Origin: Candidatus Marinacidobacterales bacterium
Lineage (GTDB): Bacteria; Acidobacteriota; Vicinamibacteria; Marinacidobacterales; DATDRI01
DNA: 64,000 nucleotides
Assembly (NCBI GenBank): GCA_965226495.1
Contig: OZ245365.1
Coordinates: 5,280,001 to 5,344,000, forward strand
Direction: 5' to 3'
In this document: positions 18,928 through 27,750 of the stretch, piece by piece
Layout: each line of letters begins with the position of its first letter
Numbering within the stretch: position 1 is the stretch's first letter
Program-made: the position numbers and the translations under genes
Notes under the pieces: model-generated
Seen by the model: the letters and a program-made list of their open reading frames with translations, nothing else
Told to the model about the DNA's origin: nothing
Database searches by the model: none

Positions 18928-21339
18928 TCAGCCCCCCCGGCGTTCCCGATTCGACAATCCCCGTAGTCCCCATACTCCGAAGATGAGCGCGAGGCCCAAT
19001 AGGCTCGTGAGTTTTCCCACATCGAAAGACCTGGGCCGGTAGCGAAAATCCACGACGCTTTTCCCGCCCGGTACTCTCACGGCCCGAAACAGAAAGTTCG
19101 CCCGAAGAATCTCCGCCTCCTCGTCGTTGACGCTCGCTTCCCACCCGGGGAAGAAAGAGTCGGATAGGACCACGATCCCTTCTGAGCCGCTCTCGACCTG
19201 CAATCGCACGTGCTCGGGACGGTACGTCACCACCTGGACGTTTGTGGCTGATTCATCGACTTCGTTCTTCGGTAAGAAACCGGGTCGTTGCTCTAGGAGG
19301 ACGGTCTGGCTGGGATCGAAATCAGGAGATACCAGTCGCCGCATGACGGCCCGCGGACTCTTCAGCTCCTCGTAGTCTTGAACGAAAAATGCCCGTGGTT
19401 GTTGTTCCACGTACTGAAAGACTCGCATCTCGCCGGAGTAGAGATGCCTGAGACCGCCATGATCGAGCGGGCGCTCGCCGGGGCGAAACAAAACGTAGCG
19501 TATGTTCATGAGTCTGGCCATGGAGTTGGTGCTGAAGCTGTAGCTCTCCAGCACGTTGAAAAACGTGCGCCCGCCGCCGAGCGCCGCGTCGCCTCTGGCT
19601 CCCTCGAACTGGCGCTCCATCACAGAGTAATAGCGGACCAACCGCGCGGGGAGGAGTGAATGGTACGCGCTCGCATCGGAAATTCCGTACGCCATCAGCG
19701 AGTTGGGGCCGGCCACCCACGGGCCGAGGGGGCCCGCCGTGCGGGGCACGACGGCCAACGCGCGGTAAAGGCGATCCTCGGCCGCGATGAGATCGAACCC
19801 CTTTGTGGTTGGGAAAATCGGAAACCGCTCGACCGACGTCACGGGATTCTGGTGCGCCGGAAATCGGATCAAGTCGGCCGCCGCGAGGCATATCAGGGAT
19901 AGGATCATGGCTCGTGGAGAAAACCTCCCCACGCCGTAAAAGTAGAGGACCGCAAGGAGGGCGGCCATCAAACCGAACGCGGTTCCAAGCTCGAGCATTG
20001 CGTTGCCCGACGGCGAAGTCGGTCCGGCGCTCAGGGAGATGATGGCAAGGCTCACCGAAGCAACTGCCGCTAGAGCCATGGCGGCGCCCAGAGATTTCAT
20101 GCTCGTGGGCGGGCTTTTTACCAACCTGTCCGCACCCAGTGCCGCCAATGCCGAGAACGCGACCGTCGAAACAGCCGCAAAAGTATGGACGTAACGCAAG
20201 CCTGCGATAGGGGGAAAGACCAAGTAGATCAAATAGAGTAGCGGCGTGCCAGAGGCAACGAGGTAGGTACCGACCCCCGCAAAAAGAAGGGATCCCTTGA
20301 TTCTCCACTCCCCCCCTCGTAGCGAGACGAGTGCAAGCACCAGTGCGACGATCCCGATGTACAACTGCGCCATACGCGGAGGGCTGAAGGACATGCGATC
20401 GGGGTCCGTGCCAAGCACACGGGGAGAGAGCAACGTTGCAAGGCTCGCAACGGGCGCGCCGCGAGCACTTAGTTCTTCATAGCTTCTACCACCGCGTTGG
20501 CTGAGGCCAACGAGCTCCAGATGAGGCAGGAGTTGTATGCCGGAGAGCATCGCCGCAAGCACGACCCCCGTCCCCACTTGCAGAAGTGCCCTCCCCCATA
20601 TCGAAGCACCTTTACCGATGAGGCGCCCCAGAAGGAAGAACGCGATCAGGATCCAGGACGAAAGGACATCGGGCAACGAGCCCGCGAGTAGCTGAAACCC
20701 TGCCGCGAGGGCGAGGATTGCAACGCTTCCACGGATCCCCTGGATAATGCCCTCTACGGCAAACAGAAGGAGCGGCAGCCAGATCAACGTGTCCGAAACG
20801 TAGTTGAGTGGCGCTCTTACGGCGAGGGCACTGCTCCACCCGAAGGCCATGCCACCCAGGATACAAGCTGCCTTGCCGCAACCAAGTCGTCTCAGGAACC
20901 AAAACTGGAAGACCGCGGCAAGAACCAAGTGCAGAAGCATCTCCAAATTGCGGGACCCGGGTGCCGAAAGCAGCAGCCCGGGCCAAACGAGCGGGTAGAA
21001 CACTCGATTGAAGCCCGTCGCCAAATGAGGGATCCCACTTCCGAGGTAAGGATTCCAAAGAGGTACTTCGCCTTCTCGCATCCGTTCTCTCGTGTAGAGA
21101 TCAAGCGGATACAGCTGCATGACCGCATCGTTTTGCCTCGGGTTCGCGCTCACAGCCGACGGGGCCATGCTTTTCCAGGGATAAAACGCCTCGTAGAGCC
21201 AGTCGGTGGGAAGGATGACACCACCGGTGAGGATGCCCGGGTAGGTCAGAGCGGCGAGAAACAGTAGAAAAATGATCGGGAGCAGGGACCCCGCCAGGAT
21301 CCGCCTGTTGGTTCGTTCGGAGGTGTTTGGAGATTCCAC
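18928..21339 (-). CDS. YfhO-family GT-C-like polytopic membrane protein
   Basis: G.VPLWNPY..SG.P N-terminal motif, many TM helices, C-terminal LSDS.FPGW.A.V....EI.RAN..FRAV.VP.G. Confidence 0.85.
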   Translation of the reverse strand: MESPNTSERTNRRILAGSLLPIIFLLFLAALTYPGILTGGVILPTDWLYEAFYPWKSMAPSAVSANPRQNDAVMQLYPLDLYTRERMREGEVPLWNPYLGSGIPHLATGFNRVFYPLVWPGLLLSAPGSRNLEMLLHLVLAAVFQFWFLRRLGCGKAACILGGMAFGWSSALAVRAPLNYVSDTLIWLPLLLFAVEGIIQGIRGSVAILALAAGFQLLAGSLPDVLSSWILIAFFLLGRLIGKGASIWGRALLQVGTGVVLAAMLSGIQLLPHLELVGLSQRGGRSYEELSARGAPVASLATLLSPRVLGTDPDRMSFSPPRMAQLYIGIVALVLALVSLRGGEWRIKGSLLFAGVGTYLVASGTPLLYLIYLVFPPIAGLRYVHTFAAVSTVAFSALAALGADRLVKSPPTSMKSLGAAMALAAVASVSLAIISLSAGPTSPSGNAMLELGTAFGLMAALLAVLYFYGVGRFSPRAMILSLICLAAADLIRFPAHQNPVTSVERFPIFPTTKGFDLIAAEDRLYRALAVVPRTAGPLGPWVAGPNSLMAYGISDASAYHSLLPARLVRYYSVMERQFEGARGDAALGGGRTFFNVLESYSFSTNSMARLMNIRYVLFRPGERPLDHGGLRHLYSGEMRVFQYVEQQPRAFFVQDYEELKSPRAVMRRLVSPDFDPSQTVLLEQRPGFLPKNEVDESATNVQVVTYRPEHVRLQVESGSEGIVVLSDSFFPGWEASVNDEEAEILRANFLFRAVRVPGGKSVVDFRYRPRSFDVGKLTSLLGLALIFGVWGLRGLSNRERRGG

Positions 21340-21353
21340 GCCTAGGCACTAGC

Positions 21354-22103
21354 TCAGGGGCGAGGTGAACGCATTCCACCGGCGCGTAGTCTAAGCGCGA
21401 TGACGTCCCATAGCATCCGGGCTGAATCCAAAACCGCGTGCACCCTGCTCTCCGGTACATGCTGCCAGGAGACCGGTACCTCAACGGTCTTGAAACCAAG
21501 CTGGCCCGCCAGATAAAGGATCTCTACGTCGAAGGCGAAGCGATCGATGTGGGCACGGGCGAAGATCTCGCGAGCCTCACCAGCGCGCAACAGTTTGAAG
21601 CCGCATTGCGTATCGTGGAAGCTCGACAAACCAAGCGAGCGAACTATGAAGTTGAAGACCTTCCCCATCCGATCTCGATAAAAGGGTTGGCGAATGTGAA
21701 TGTCCGATTCGGCAAGCGCCCGAGAGCCGCACACAACGGCGTGGCCGTTTCGTGCAAAAGGCTCCAACCGCTCCAGGTCTTCGATGGGTGCGGCAAGATC
21801 AGCGTCCGTGATCAGAATGAACTCTCCCGCACTCTCCTCGACGCCGCGGCGCACCGCCGCTCCCTTCCCTTGATTGGTCGCCAATGCCAGCACTCTTAGC
21901 TCGGGGTCTCCGCGTCGTGCGACGGTCTCTGCGGTTCCGTCCCCGCTACCATCATCGACGACCAGGACTTCGAAAGACTCGCCTCGCGACCTCATGTATG
22001 CGAGCACGCGGTCCAGCGTCGGGCCGATCCGCGTTGCCTCGTTGTAAGCCGGTATGACGACCGATAGGCGTGGGCTTTCGCTCATCCGGCGTGAGGTTAG
22101 CAC
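21354..22103 (-). CDS. GT2 polyprenyl-phosphate glycosyltransferase (Dpm1/ALG5-like)
   Basis: SVVIPAYNE, VDDGS.D.T, N.GKG.AV, DAD, DTQCGFKL, F.FDVE. Confidence 0.9.
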   Translation of the reverse strand: MLTSRRMSESPRLSVVIPAYNEATRIGPTLDRVLAYMRSRGESFEVLVVDDGSGDGTAETVARRGDPELRVLALATNQGKGAAVRRGVEESAGEFILITDADLAAPIEDLERLEPFARNGHAVVCGSRALAESDIHIRQPFYRDRMGKVFNFIVRSLGLSSFHDTQCGFKLLRAGEAREIFARAHIDRFAFDVEILYLAGQLGFKTVEVPVSWQHVPESRVHAVLDSARMLWDVIALRLRAGGMRSPRP

Positions 22104-22147
22104 ATCCCGCGCGGGTGCCAGAACTCGAGACGACGCCTGCTAGTGCC

Positions 22148-23473
22148 CTAGGCGAGCCCCTCGCGCGGCATGGCAACAACCTCCCGCATGGCTTCCGTGA
22201 GTCGCTCCGAAAGGGCAAGGCTATCGGAGATAGAGCGATCGTGGGGAAGTAGATGCGAGGTGTCTCCCGCCACCAGGTTCGGCACGGGAGTCCGGATGGG
22301 AGCGAGTCGACGCGAAAAACCCACTGGACACACCGGCTGGGCGTGGGGCGCTCGAAAGACTCGGTAGTCAAGTACCGACTCGCGATCGAAGCCGGGGCGG
22401 ATTTCTGAGATGGCCTGGACCGTTTCTTCGAAGACCTCTTCATCGGGGCGGCGGTACTCGGGATCCTCCGAAGAAACATAGTGGGGCGAGTAAATCAAAT
22501 GGTGGCCACCGAAGGCTTCTGGTGGGTTGAGGTTGGTGTACTCGATGAGCCCGACGATCGGCACCGCGTCGTCGTTGACGTTGATCCAGAAGTAGGGCGA
22601 CACTCGTTCCTTCGTTTTCAAGATGATGCAGCGGACTCCGATATTCCCCAGATCTAGTGCGGCCCGTCGATACTCCGCAGGGAGGTTCTGTCCGATTCGA
22701 ACCAGGATCGACAGCGGGATCGTAGACAAGAGTGCGTCGGCCGGATAGTCCACTCCTCCGGCCCGCGCACCGACCACCCAACCCTTCTCGAGAGCTATTT
22801 CCTCTACGGGCGTTTCGCATCGAATAACACCACCCTGGGATTCGATGGCGCTTACGAGCGCATTGACAACTACTTGCGATCCACCGCCCTCGACGTAGCC
22901 CAGCCACTCCTCGAAAAAACCCCGGCGCGAGCTTCCCAAACGGCGGATACGGCTCCAGATCCAGGCCGCCGAAAGGCTATCGGTCTCCTCTGCAAACTTC
23001 TCTCGAAGCAGAGGCTCCCAGATTACCCGGTACGACTCCTCCCCCTCTCCCCGCAGCAGCCAATCGCGCGCCCGTACATCCTCGAGCGCCTTCCAGTCTT
23101 TTCGACGTCTGGCCGACAGGATGTGCAACCCGTATCGAAACCGGGACATCATCGATAGCGGGGCAAATCGAAGCAGTGACAGTGGGTCCCCGAAGGGATG
23201 CAACCGACCGTCGTAGTACATCGCCATCCCGGTTCGCTGCCAACGTAGCCGGTCCTCAAGGCCGAGCCGTTTTAGCCACCGGAAATAGACGTGATCGGAT
23301 CCACAGATGAAGTGATAGAACTTCTCTACCTGAGTTCCGCCAAAGTCGAAAGACCCCGCCAATCCGCCCGGAGACGGCCCCGTTTCCAGAACCGTGACTT
23401 CATGGCCATCTTGTAGAAGCTCGTAGGCCGATGCGAGACCCATGACGCCCGCGCCGATGATGACGATCCTCAA
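22148..23473 (-). CDS. FAD/NAD(P)-dependent oxidoreductase (protoporphyrinogen-oxidase/amine-oxidase-like)
   Basis: IIGAGVMGL Rossmann motif, E.....GGLA, EKFYH. Confidence 0.85.
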   Translation of the reverse strand: MRIVIIGAGVMGLASAYELLQDGHEVTVLETGPSPGGLAGSFDFGGTQVEKFYHFICGSDHVYFRWLKRLGLEDRLRWQRTGMAMYYDGRLHPFGDPLSLLRFAPLSMMSRFRYGLHILSARRRKDWKALEDVRARDWLLRGEGEESYRVIWEPLLREKFAEETDSLSAAWIWSRIRRLGSSRRGFFEEWLGYVEGGGSQVVVNALVSAIESQGGVIRCETPVEEIALEKGWVVGARAGGVDYPADALLSTIPLSILVRIGQNLPAEYRRAALDLGNIGVRCIILKTKERVSPYFWINVNDDAVPIVGLIEYTNLNPPEAFGGHHLIYSPHYVSSEDPEYRRPDEEVFEETVQAISEIRPGFDRESVLDYRVFRAPHAQPVCPVGFSRRLAPIRTPVPNLVAGDTSHLLPHDRSISDSLALSERLTEAMREVVAMPREGLA

Positions 23474-23603
23474 GCTAGCCCCGTTTCCTCAAGAACGACT
23501 CCTTCCATCCAATATTGCAAAAGGCGTTCAGCTTGCCTTGTGTCTCGCTTCCAAGTCAAACCTTTTCGACATTCTCTCCACGTTCGACCTTTCTTGATCT
23601 TTC

Positions 23604-25502
23604 TTACCTGGCGAGGGCGAACTTCTCGGCGATGGAAGAGACATAGAAGCTGATGCCATAATAGGCGACCAGTGAGTAATAGGCCGCGGCGAGCCATCGC
23701 CCACGAGGAAGTGAGCGGCGAGCCCAGGCGAGGGCCGTTCCTCCCGCCAACGAGATCAAAGGAGCAACCCAAAGAATCTCCTTCACCTTGTTAAAGAGAT
23801 CGGGAGCGCTCGCACGCAAAAAGATGAGAGCGACGAAAGTGAGAGCCCAAGCCAGCAGCAGGCGAGATAGAAAGGGACTAGGTCTTCGCAAGTACCAGAC
23901 GAGCGCGCCCCCCGCGATCAACGGAATGTAAACTCCGCCGTAGAAGATCCAGTATCGCCGGATCAACAAGGATATCGTTCCGCCGAGAGAGACGCCCTCA
24001 CCTTCCGACTCTCCGGCCAGAAAGGCCGGAGCCAGTTCCAACAAAAACACGCCTACGAACTCTCGATAGACGACGGCCATCACGATCACCGCGACTCCAG
24101 CCGAGCCGGCCAAGAGCGCAAATCCATCTCGGCGTAGCCCGGGCACCATGCTCACCACGAGAAGGAGGCCGAACACCGGGAAGAAGATGCCGAAACTCAC
24201 GAGGCTTCCGGGATAAGAAGCGAGCGCCAACGTCAGTAAGACCAGGGTCAGCCACTGATACCGCTTGCCGTCCGACGTTCTGGGAAAGAGAGAGGCCAAT
24301 ACCAGGGTGTCCAGAAAATGCGCAAACACTGCCGCCAGGAAGGCGAAAGGTAGGCGAGAAAAAGCGGCAGGCGAGAAGGCGGTCAAAGCCGCGCTCCACA
24401 AACCAATCTCGGTCCCTCCCAAACGGCGGCCGAGGTAGAAAACGATCAGGACTTGGAGTGCGGAAAGACAACACGCGACCAGCTTCATCGTCGCGATCAG
24501 CGTAAAGAAGTCGAGGTCAAGCGGCAGGAAGAGAGAATGGAACACCGGCGAGAACGGAAACGCGTAGGTCTTGCCCATCGCACCCTGCGTCCACACTCCC
24601 TGCTTGGCGATGTAATGAGAGGGTTGCGCCCAAAAATCGAGTCCCGCTTCTGAGACAATCTCGGTGAGGTCGGCATGCGAACGCAGATCGGGATGGTAGT
24701 AGAGAGGATGAAACAATCCTCCCGCTCTCACTAGAAAAGCCACCACAAAAACTATGGGAAGAAGCGGAGCACCGACCCTTTTCGCCCAGGGGGAGAAGAG
24801 CATGGCTCCCACGCTCACGATGAGCCCAGGGAGGATCAAAGCATCGAGCACGTGACCAAGAGCGAAGGGTCCGGCCAGACTACCGTAAAGAGCCAAGGCA
24901 GCGGGAAGGCTCGCTCCGATTACGAGCGCCCATCGATCGTCTTGCAGACAAATTCGAGCCAATAACCAAAAGGCCACCGAGAGCAGAGCGCTCCAAAGCA
25001 GTATCGAACTTCCTGGCACGACGCGACCGCGCGGGTCCTGAGGCTCGAGACGCAGCCAGTCCATCCGAAGCCCGCGGTTTTTTCGTTCGTGTGAGTCCAC
25101 CACAAACTCGACATCGAGTGGTTGACTACTCAGAACACTTCCCGGAATAGCCACCGATCGCTCGTAGTAGGTTCCTCCACGAACCGAGAACTGATCGGCG
25201 GGAACTCCGTTGACGCGGAGCTCTACTTCGGCGGTCTCGCCGTACACGCGGGAGAAACGGTACTCCAACTCGAATCGACCCCCCGCGAGCCGCAACGGCA
25301 GGCGCACGTTGCTTTGGTAGCTACTCCAATGCGTTGCGAGCCCATCGGGATCGATTTCCCAGCGCGGCTCGTAACCCTCCAGGTAGTCATGGTCGCCGGG
25401 ACCGAAGTTGAAATGGACGCGAGGCTCGATCCAACCACTCAAGACGGGAGCGAGAGCACCCATCCCTGCGACAACTAGGAAGGCGATGATCCGGATAGCC
25501 AT
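23604..25502 (-). CDS. Polytopic membrane protein, GT-C/PMT-like with N-terminal extracellular beta domain
   Basis: ~12 TM segments, HPD...H first-loop motif, P.F..L motif; context of GT2/YfhO. Confidence 0.6.
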   Translation of the reverse strand: MAIRIIAFLVVAGMGALAPVLSGWIEPRVHFNFGPGDHDYLEGYEPRWEIDPDGLATHWSSYQSNVRLPLRLAGGRFELEYRFSRVYGETAEVELRVNGVPADQFSVRGGTYYERSVAIPGSVLSSQPLDVEFVVDSHERKNRGLRMDWLRLEPQDPRGRVVPGSSILLWSALLSVAFWLLARICLQDDRWALVIGASLPAALALYGSLAGPFALGHVLDALILPGLIVSVGAMLFSPWAKRVGAPLLPIVFVVAFLVRAGGLFHPLYYHPDLRSHADLTEIVSEAGLDFWAQPSHYIAKQGVWTQGAMGKTYAFPFSPVFHSLFLPLDLDFFTLIATMKLVACCLSALQVLIVFYLGRRLGGTEIGLWSAALTAFSPAAFSRLPFAFLAAVFAHFLDTLVLASLFPRTSDGKRYQWLTLVLLTLALASYPGSLVSFGIFFPVFGLLLVVSMVPGLRRDGFALLAGSAGVAVIVMAVVYREFVGVFLLELAPAFLAGESEGEGVSLGGTISLLIRRYWIFYGGVYIPLIAGGALVWYLRRPSPFLSRLLLAWALTFVALIFLRASAPDLFNKVKEILWVAPLISLAGGTALAWARRSLPRGRWLAAAYYSLVAYYGISFYVSSIAEKFALAR

Positions 25503-25579
25503 GAGGTGGTATTACGGACGAAATCTTACCATCTTCCCAAGAGGGAGTGATTTATGAAGAGGGGCACGACCGAGGTGGA

Positions 25580-25595
25580 AGTTGGAACGGTACTA
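25580..25595 (+). repeat. Solo terminal inverted repeat of the 26729-26796 MITE-like element
   Basis: AGTTGGAACGGTACTA identical to 26781-26796; terminal CTA is the NUDIX stop codon. Confidence 0.75.
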
Positions 25596-26192
25596 CGAGG
25601 GACTTTCGGAAGCAGGCGGCTTGGATCCGAGGAGCAGTTCCCGGGCCTTCTCGTGAACCCGGGCGCGGTACGCCAAACCGCCGAGCCCACTCTTGACGAG
25701 TATAGGATTGACTTTGTTGATCAGGTCATCCCAGCTCACCCATCGGGCGGACTCGATTTCGTTCGTGTCCACGGGTGAGAGCTCGTCGCCACTGTCCGCG
25801 GCGGGCTTAGCCACCATGACATGAGTCGTCCAGGGAGAAGTATCACTTCCGTGATTGAAACTCACGTGGACGCGCATCAAATAGCCATCGATCTCGACCT
25901 TCAGTCCGGTTTCCTCCCAAGTCTCTCTCGTCGCTCCATCCAAGAACGACTCCTCAGGATGGATCCCTCCGGAAGGCGCACGATAAGCCTCCGGCGGGTA
26001 CTTGGGCTTTCGGATCACGGCCAACTCGTCGCCCCGAAGCACTAGCACCGTGACGTCATGTGCTCGCCGCAACTCGACGTGCTTCCGCAGCTGAGCGAAC
26101 TCCTCGTCTTGGACCTCGAAGCTCCAAACCTCCACCGCAGGCTCACCGAGCTCCATCGCCAGCTGTTGCGTGATCTGTCTCGTGATGTGCAT
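25593..26192 (-). CDS. NUDIX hydrolase
   Basis: GGIHPEESFLDGATRETWEETGL Nudix box. Confidence 0.9.
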   Translation of the reverse strand: MHITRQITQQLAMELGEPAVEVWSFEVQDEEFAQLRKHVELRRAHDVTVLVLRGDELAVIRKPKYPPEAYRAPSGGIHPEESFLDGATRETWEETGLKVEIDGYLMRVHVSFNHGSDTSPWTTHVMVAKPAADSGDELSPVDTNEIESARWVSWDDLINKVNPILVKSGLGGLAYRARVHEKARELLLGSKPPASESPS

Positions 26193-26203
26193 AGGCCCTT
26201 TCC

Positions 26204-26725
26204 CTACACTCCGTCCTCACTGCGGAGTAGTCGGACGAAGTCGCGAATCACAGTCGGGGAAACCCAGTCTCGGGGCCCGATGATCTTCGCGACCAACTTT
26301 CCGTCACGATCCACCACATAGGTTTCGGGGTACTTGAAGGTCGAGAAGCGATGGGCGATCTTCCCACCCCGATCATGAAGAATGGGCAAGCTCAGATCGT
26401 ACTCCTCCCGAAAGAGCGCCACATCCTGCAGATTCTCGTCGACCGCCGCCGCTAGGACCTGGAGACCTTTTTCACCCAACGCCTGTTGGAGTTTCTGTAG
26501 GGAGGGCATTTCTTCCACGCATGGTGGGCACCACGTCGCCCAGAAATTCAACACGACAACGTCGCCACGGAAATCGGAGAGGCGAACGGTGCGCCCTTCC
26601 AGATCGGGTAGAATCACTTCGGGGACCGGCTGGCCGATGGTCGGTAACTCGGCCCGGTCGACGCAAGCCGCTACACCTAGGACCAGCAGTAGTAGCAATA
26701 GTAGCAGGGGAGCAGTGCGCGGCAA
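26204..26725 (-). CDS. TlpA/ResA family thiol-disulfide oxidoreductase lipoprotein
   Basis: NFWATWCPPC..E.P, YPETY cis-Pro; lipobox VAAC; TTG 26725 chosen because the longer ORF start lies inside a MITE-like element. Confidence 0.88.
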   Translation of the reverse strand: MPRTAPLLLLLLLLVLGVAACVDRAELPTIGQPVPEVILPDLEGRTVRLSDFRGDVVVLNFWATWCPPCVEEMPSLQKLQQALGEKGLQVLAAAVDENLQDVALFREEYDLSLPILHDRGGKIAHRFSTFKYPETYVVDRDGKLVAKIIGPRDWVSPTVIRDFVRLLRSEDGV

Positions 26726-26728
26726 ACC

Positions 26729-26796
26729 TAGTGCCGTTCCAACTAAATCAGCCCGGATCTTAGGATAACTATGCATGGTAAGTTGGAACGGTACTA
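26729..26796. mobile_element. 68-bp MITE-like element with 16-bp terminal inverted repeats and TA ends
   Basis: TAGTGCCGTTCCAACT-(36 nt)-AGTTGGAACGGTACTA, 15/16 complementary; further solo ends at 25580 and 30330. Confidence 0.7.
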
Positions 26797-27627
26797 TTCT
26801 TTTCCGCCGACGTCCGCCAGCTCGTCCACCGAAGCAACGGCACGAGCCGGGTCATCGGTCATGATCCCATCGACTCCCCAACTCAACAAACGTCTGATGT
26901 GAACCGGCTCGTTGACGGTCCAAACGTGAACTTCCAGATCGAGCCGATGCGCGGCTTCTATGAAGTTCACCGAAGTTACCCGCCGTAGGCCGAAGTATTC
27001 CGGAACCTGCAGCGCTTCGCCTGGAGCTCGATAGCCGTCATCGGCGCCCCCCCGGAGCCATGCTAGGAACTCGCGGACTTCCGTCTTGCTGAAGCTGGTG
27101 GGAACATCTCCATCCAGAGATCGAAATTCCTTCAGATGCTGGTGTTCATGGGAGGCGACCAGAACTCTCTCCGACGCTTGGCAACGGCGGATGACCTCCA
27201 AGACTGCGGCTCCGATCCCTTTGCGCGTTTTCTTGATCTCGATGGTGAATCGCGCATCGGGAAACTCCCTCAAGACCTCCTCGAGCGTCGGGATCGCCAA
27301 ACCCTTTTCCCGATACGGGTAGGAGCGGCCGCGATCTAGCGTAAACTCGTGCCCGGCGTCCAGGCGGCGGATCCCATCGAGTGTCATTTTCTCAACCCTA
27401 CCGCGGCGTCCGGTGGTTCGAGACACCGAGTTGTCGTGGATAACGACGACCTGCCCGTCGGCGGTCAGGTGAACATCCAATTCCAAATAGGGAGCGCCGG
27501 CGTTTCGCGCCAGTCGGAAGGACTCGACTGTGTTCTCGGGAGCGAGCGCGCTCGCTCCACGATGAGCAAAGAGCCGCGGTTCCGGTCCGGAGAAAAAACC
27601 ATTTTTCTTCCTCCTGTCGATGACCAA
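26794..27627 (-). CDS. Glycerophosphodiester phosphodiesterase
   Basis: AHRG.S..APENT, ELDVHLT.DG...V.HD, IEIK, WTVN, GVDGIMTDDP. Confidence 0.92.
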   Translation of the reverse strand: MVIDRRKKNGFFSGPEPRLFAHRGASALAPENTVESFRLARNAGAPYLELDVHLTADGQVVVIHDNSVSRTTGRRGRVEKMTLDGIRRLDAGHEFTLDRGRSYPYREKGLAIPTLEEVLREFPDARFTIEIKKTRKGIGAAVLEVIRRCQASERVLVASHEHQHLKEFRSLDGDVPTSFSKTEVREFLAWLRGGADDGYRAPGEALQVPEYFGLRRVTSVNFIEAAHRLDLEVHVWTVNEPVHIRRLLSWGVDGIMTDDPARAVASVDELADVGGKE

Positions 27628-27750
27628 TCTGGATGTTCTCCTATTCGAATCTCGCTAACGCTCAGGCTCCGGCCGGATCGCGAATCGAGCCCGGGGAATG
27701 CGTCGCCGAACCGGCGAGCCGCAGGCAAGCAAGCCGCTGCCACGGTCTTA

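Noticed and set aside
26726-26776. N-terminal extension MHSYPKIRADLVGTALG of TlpA
   Set aside because: Encoded by the MITE-like element; TTG at 26725 gives a normal lipoprotein signal
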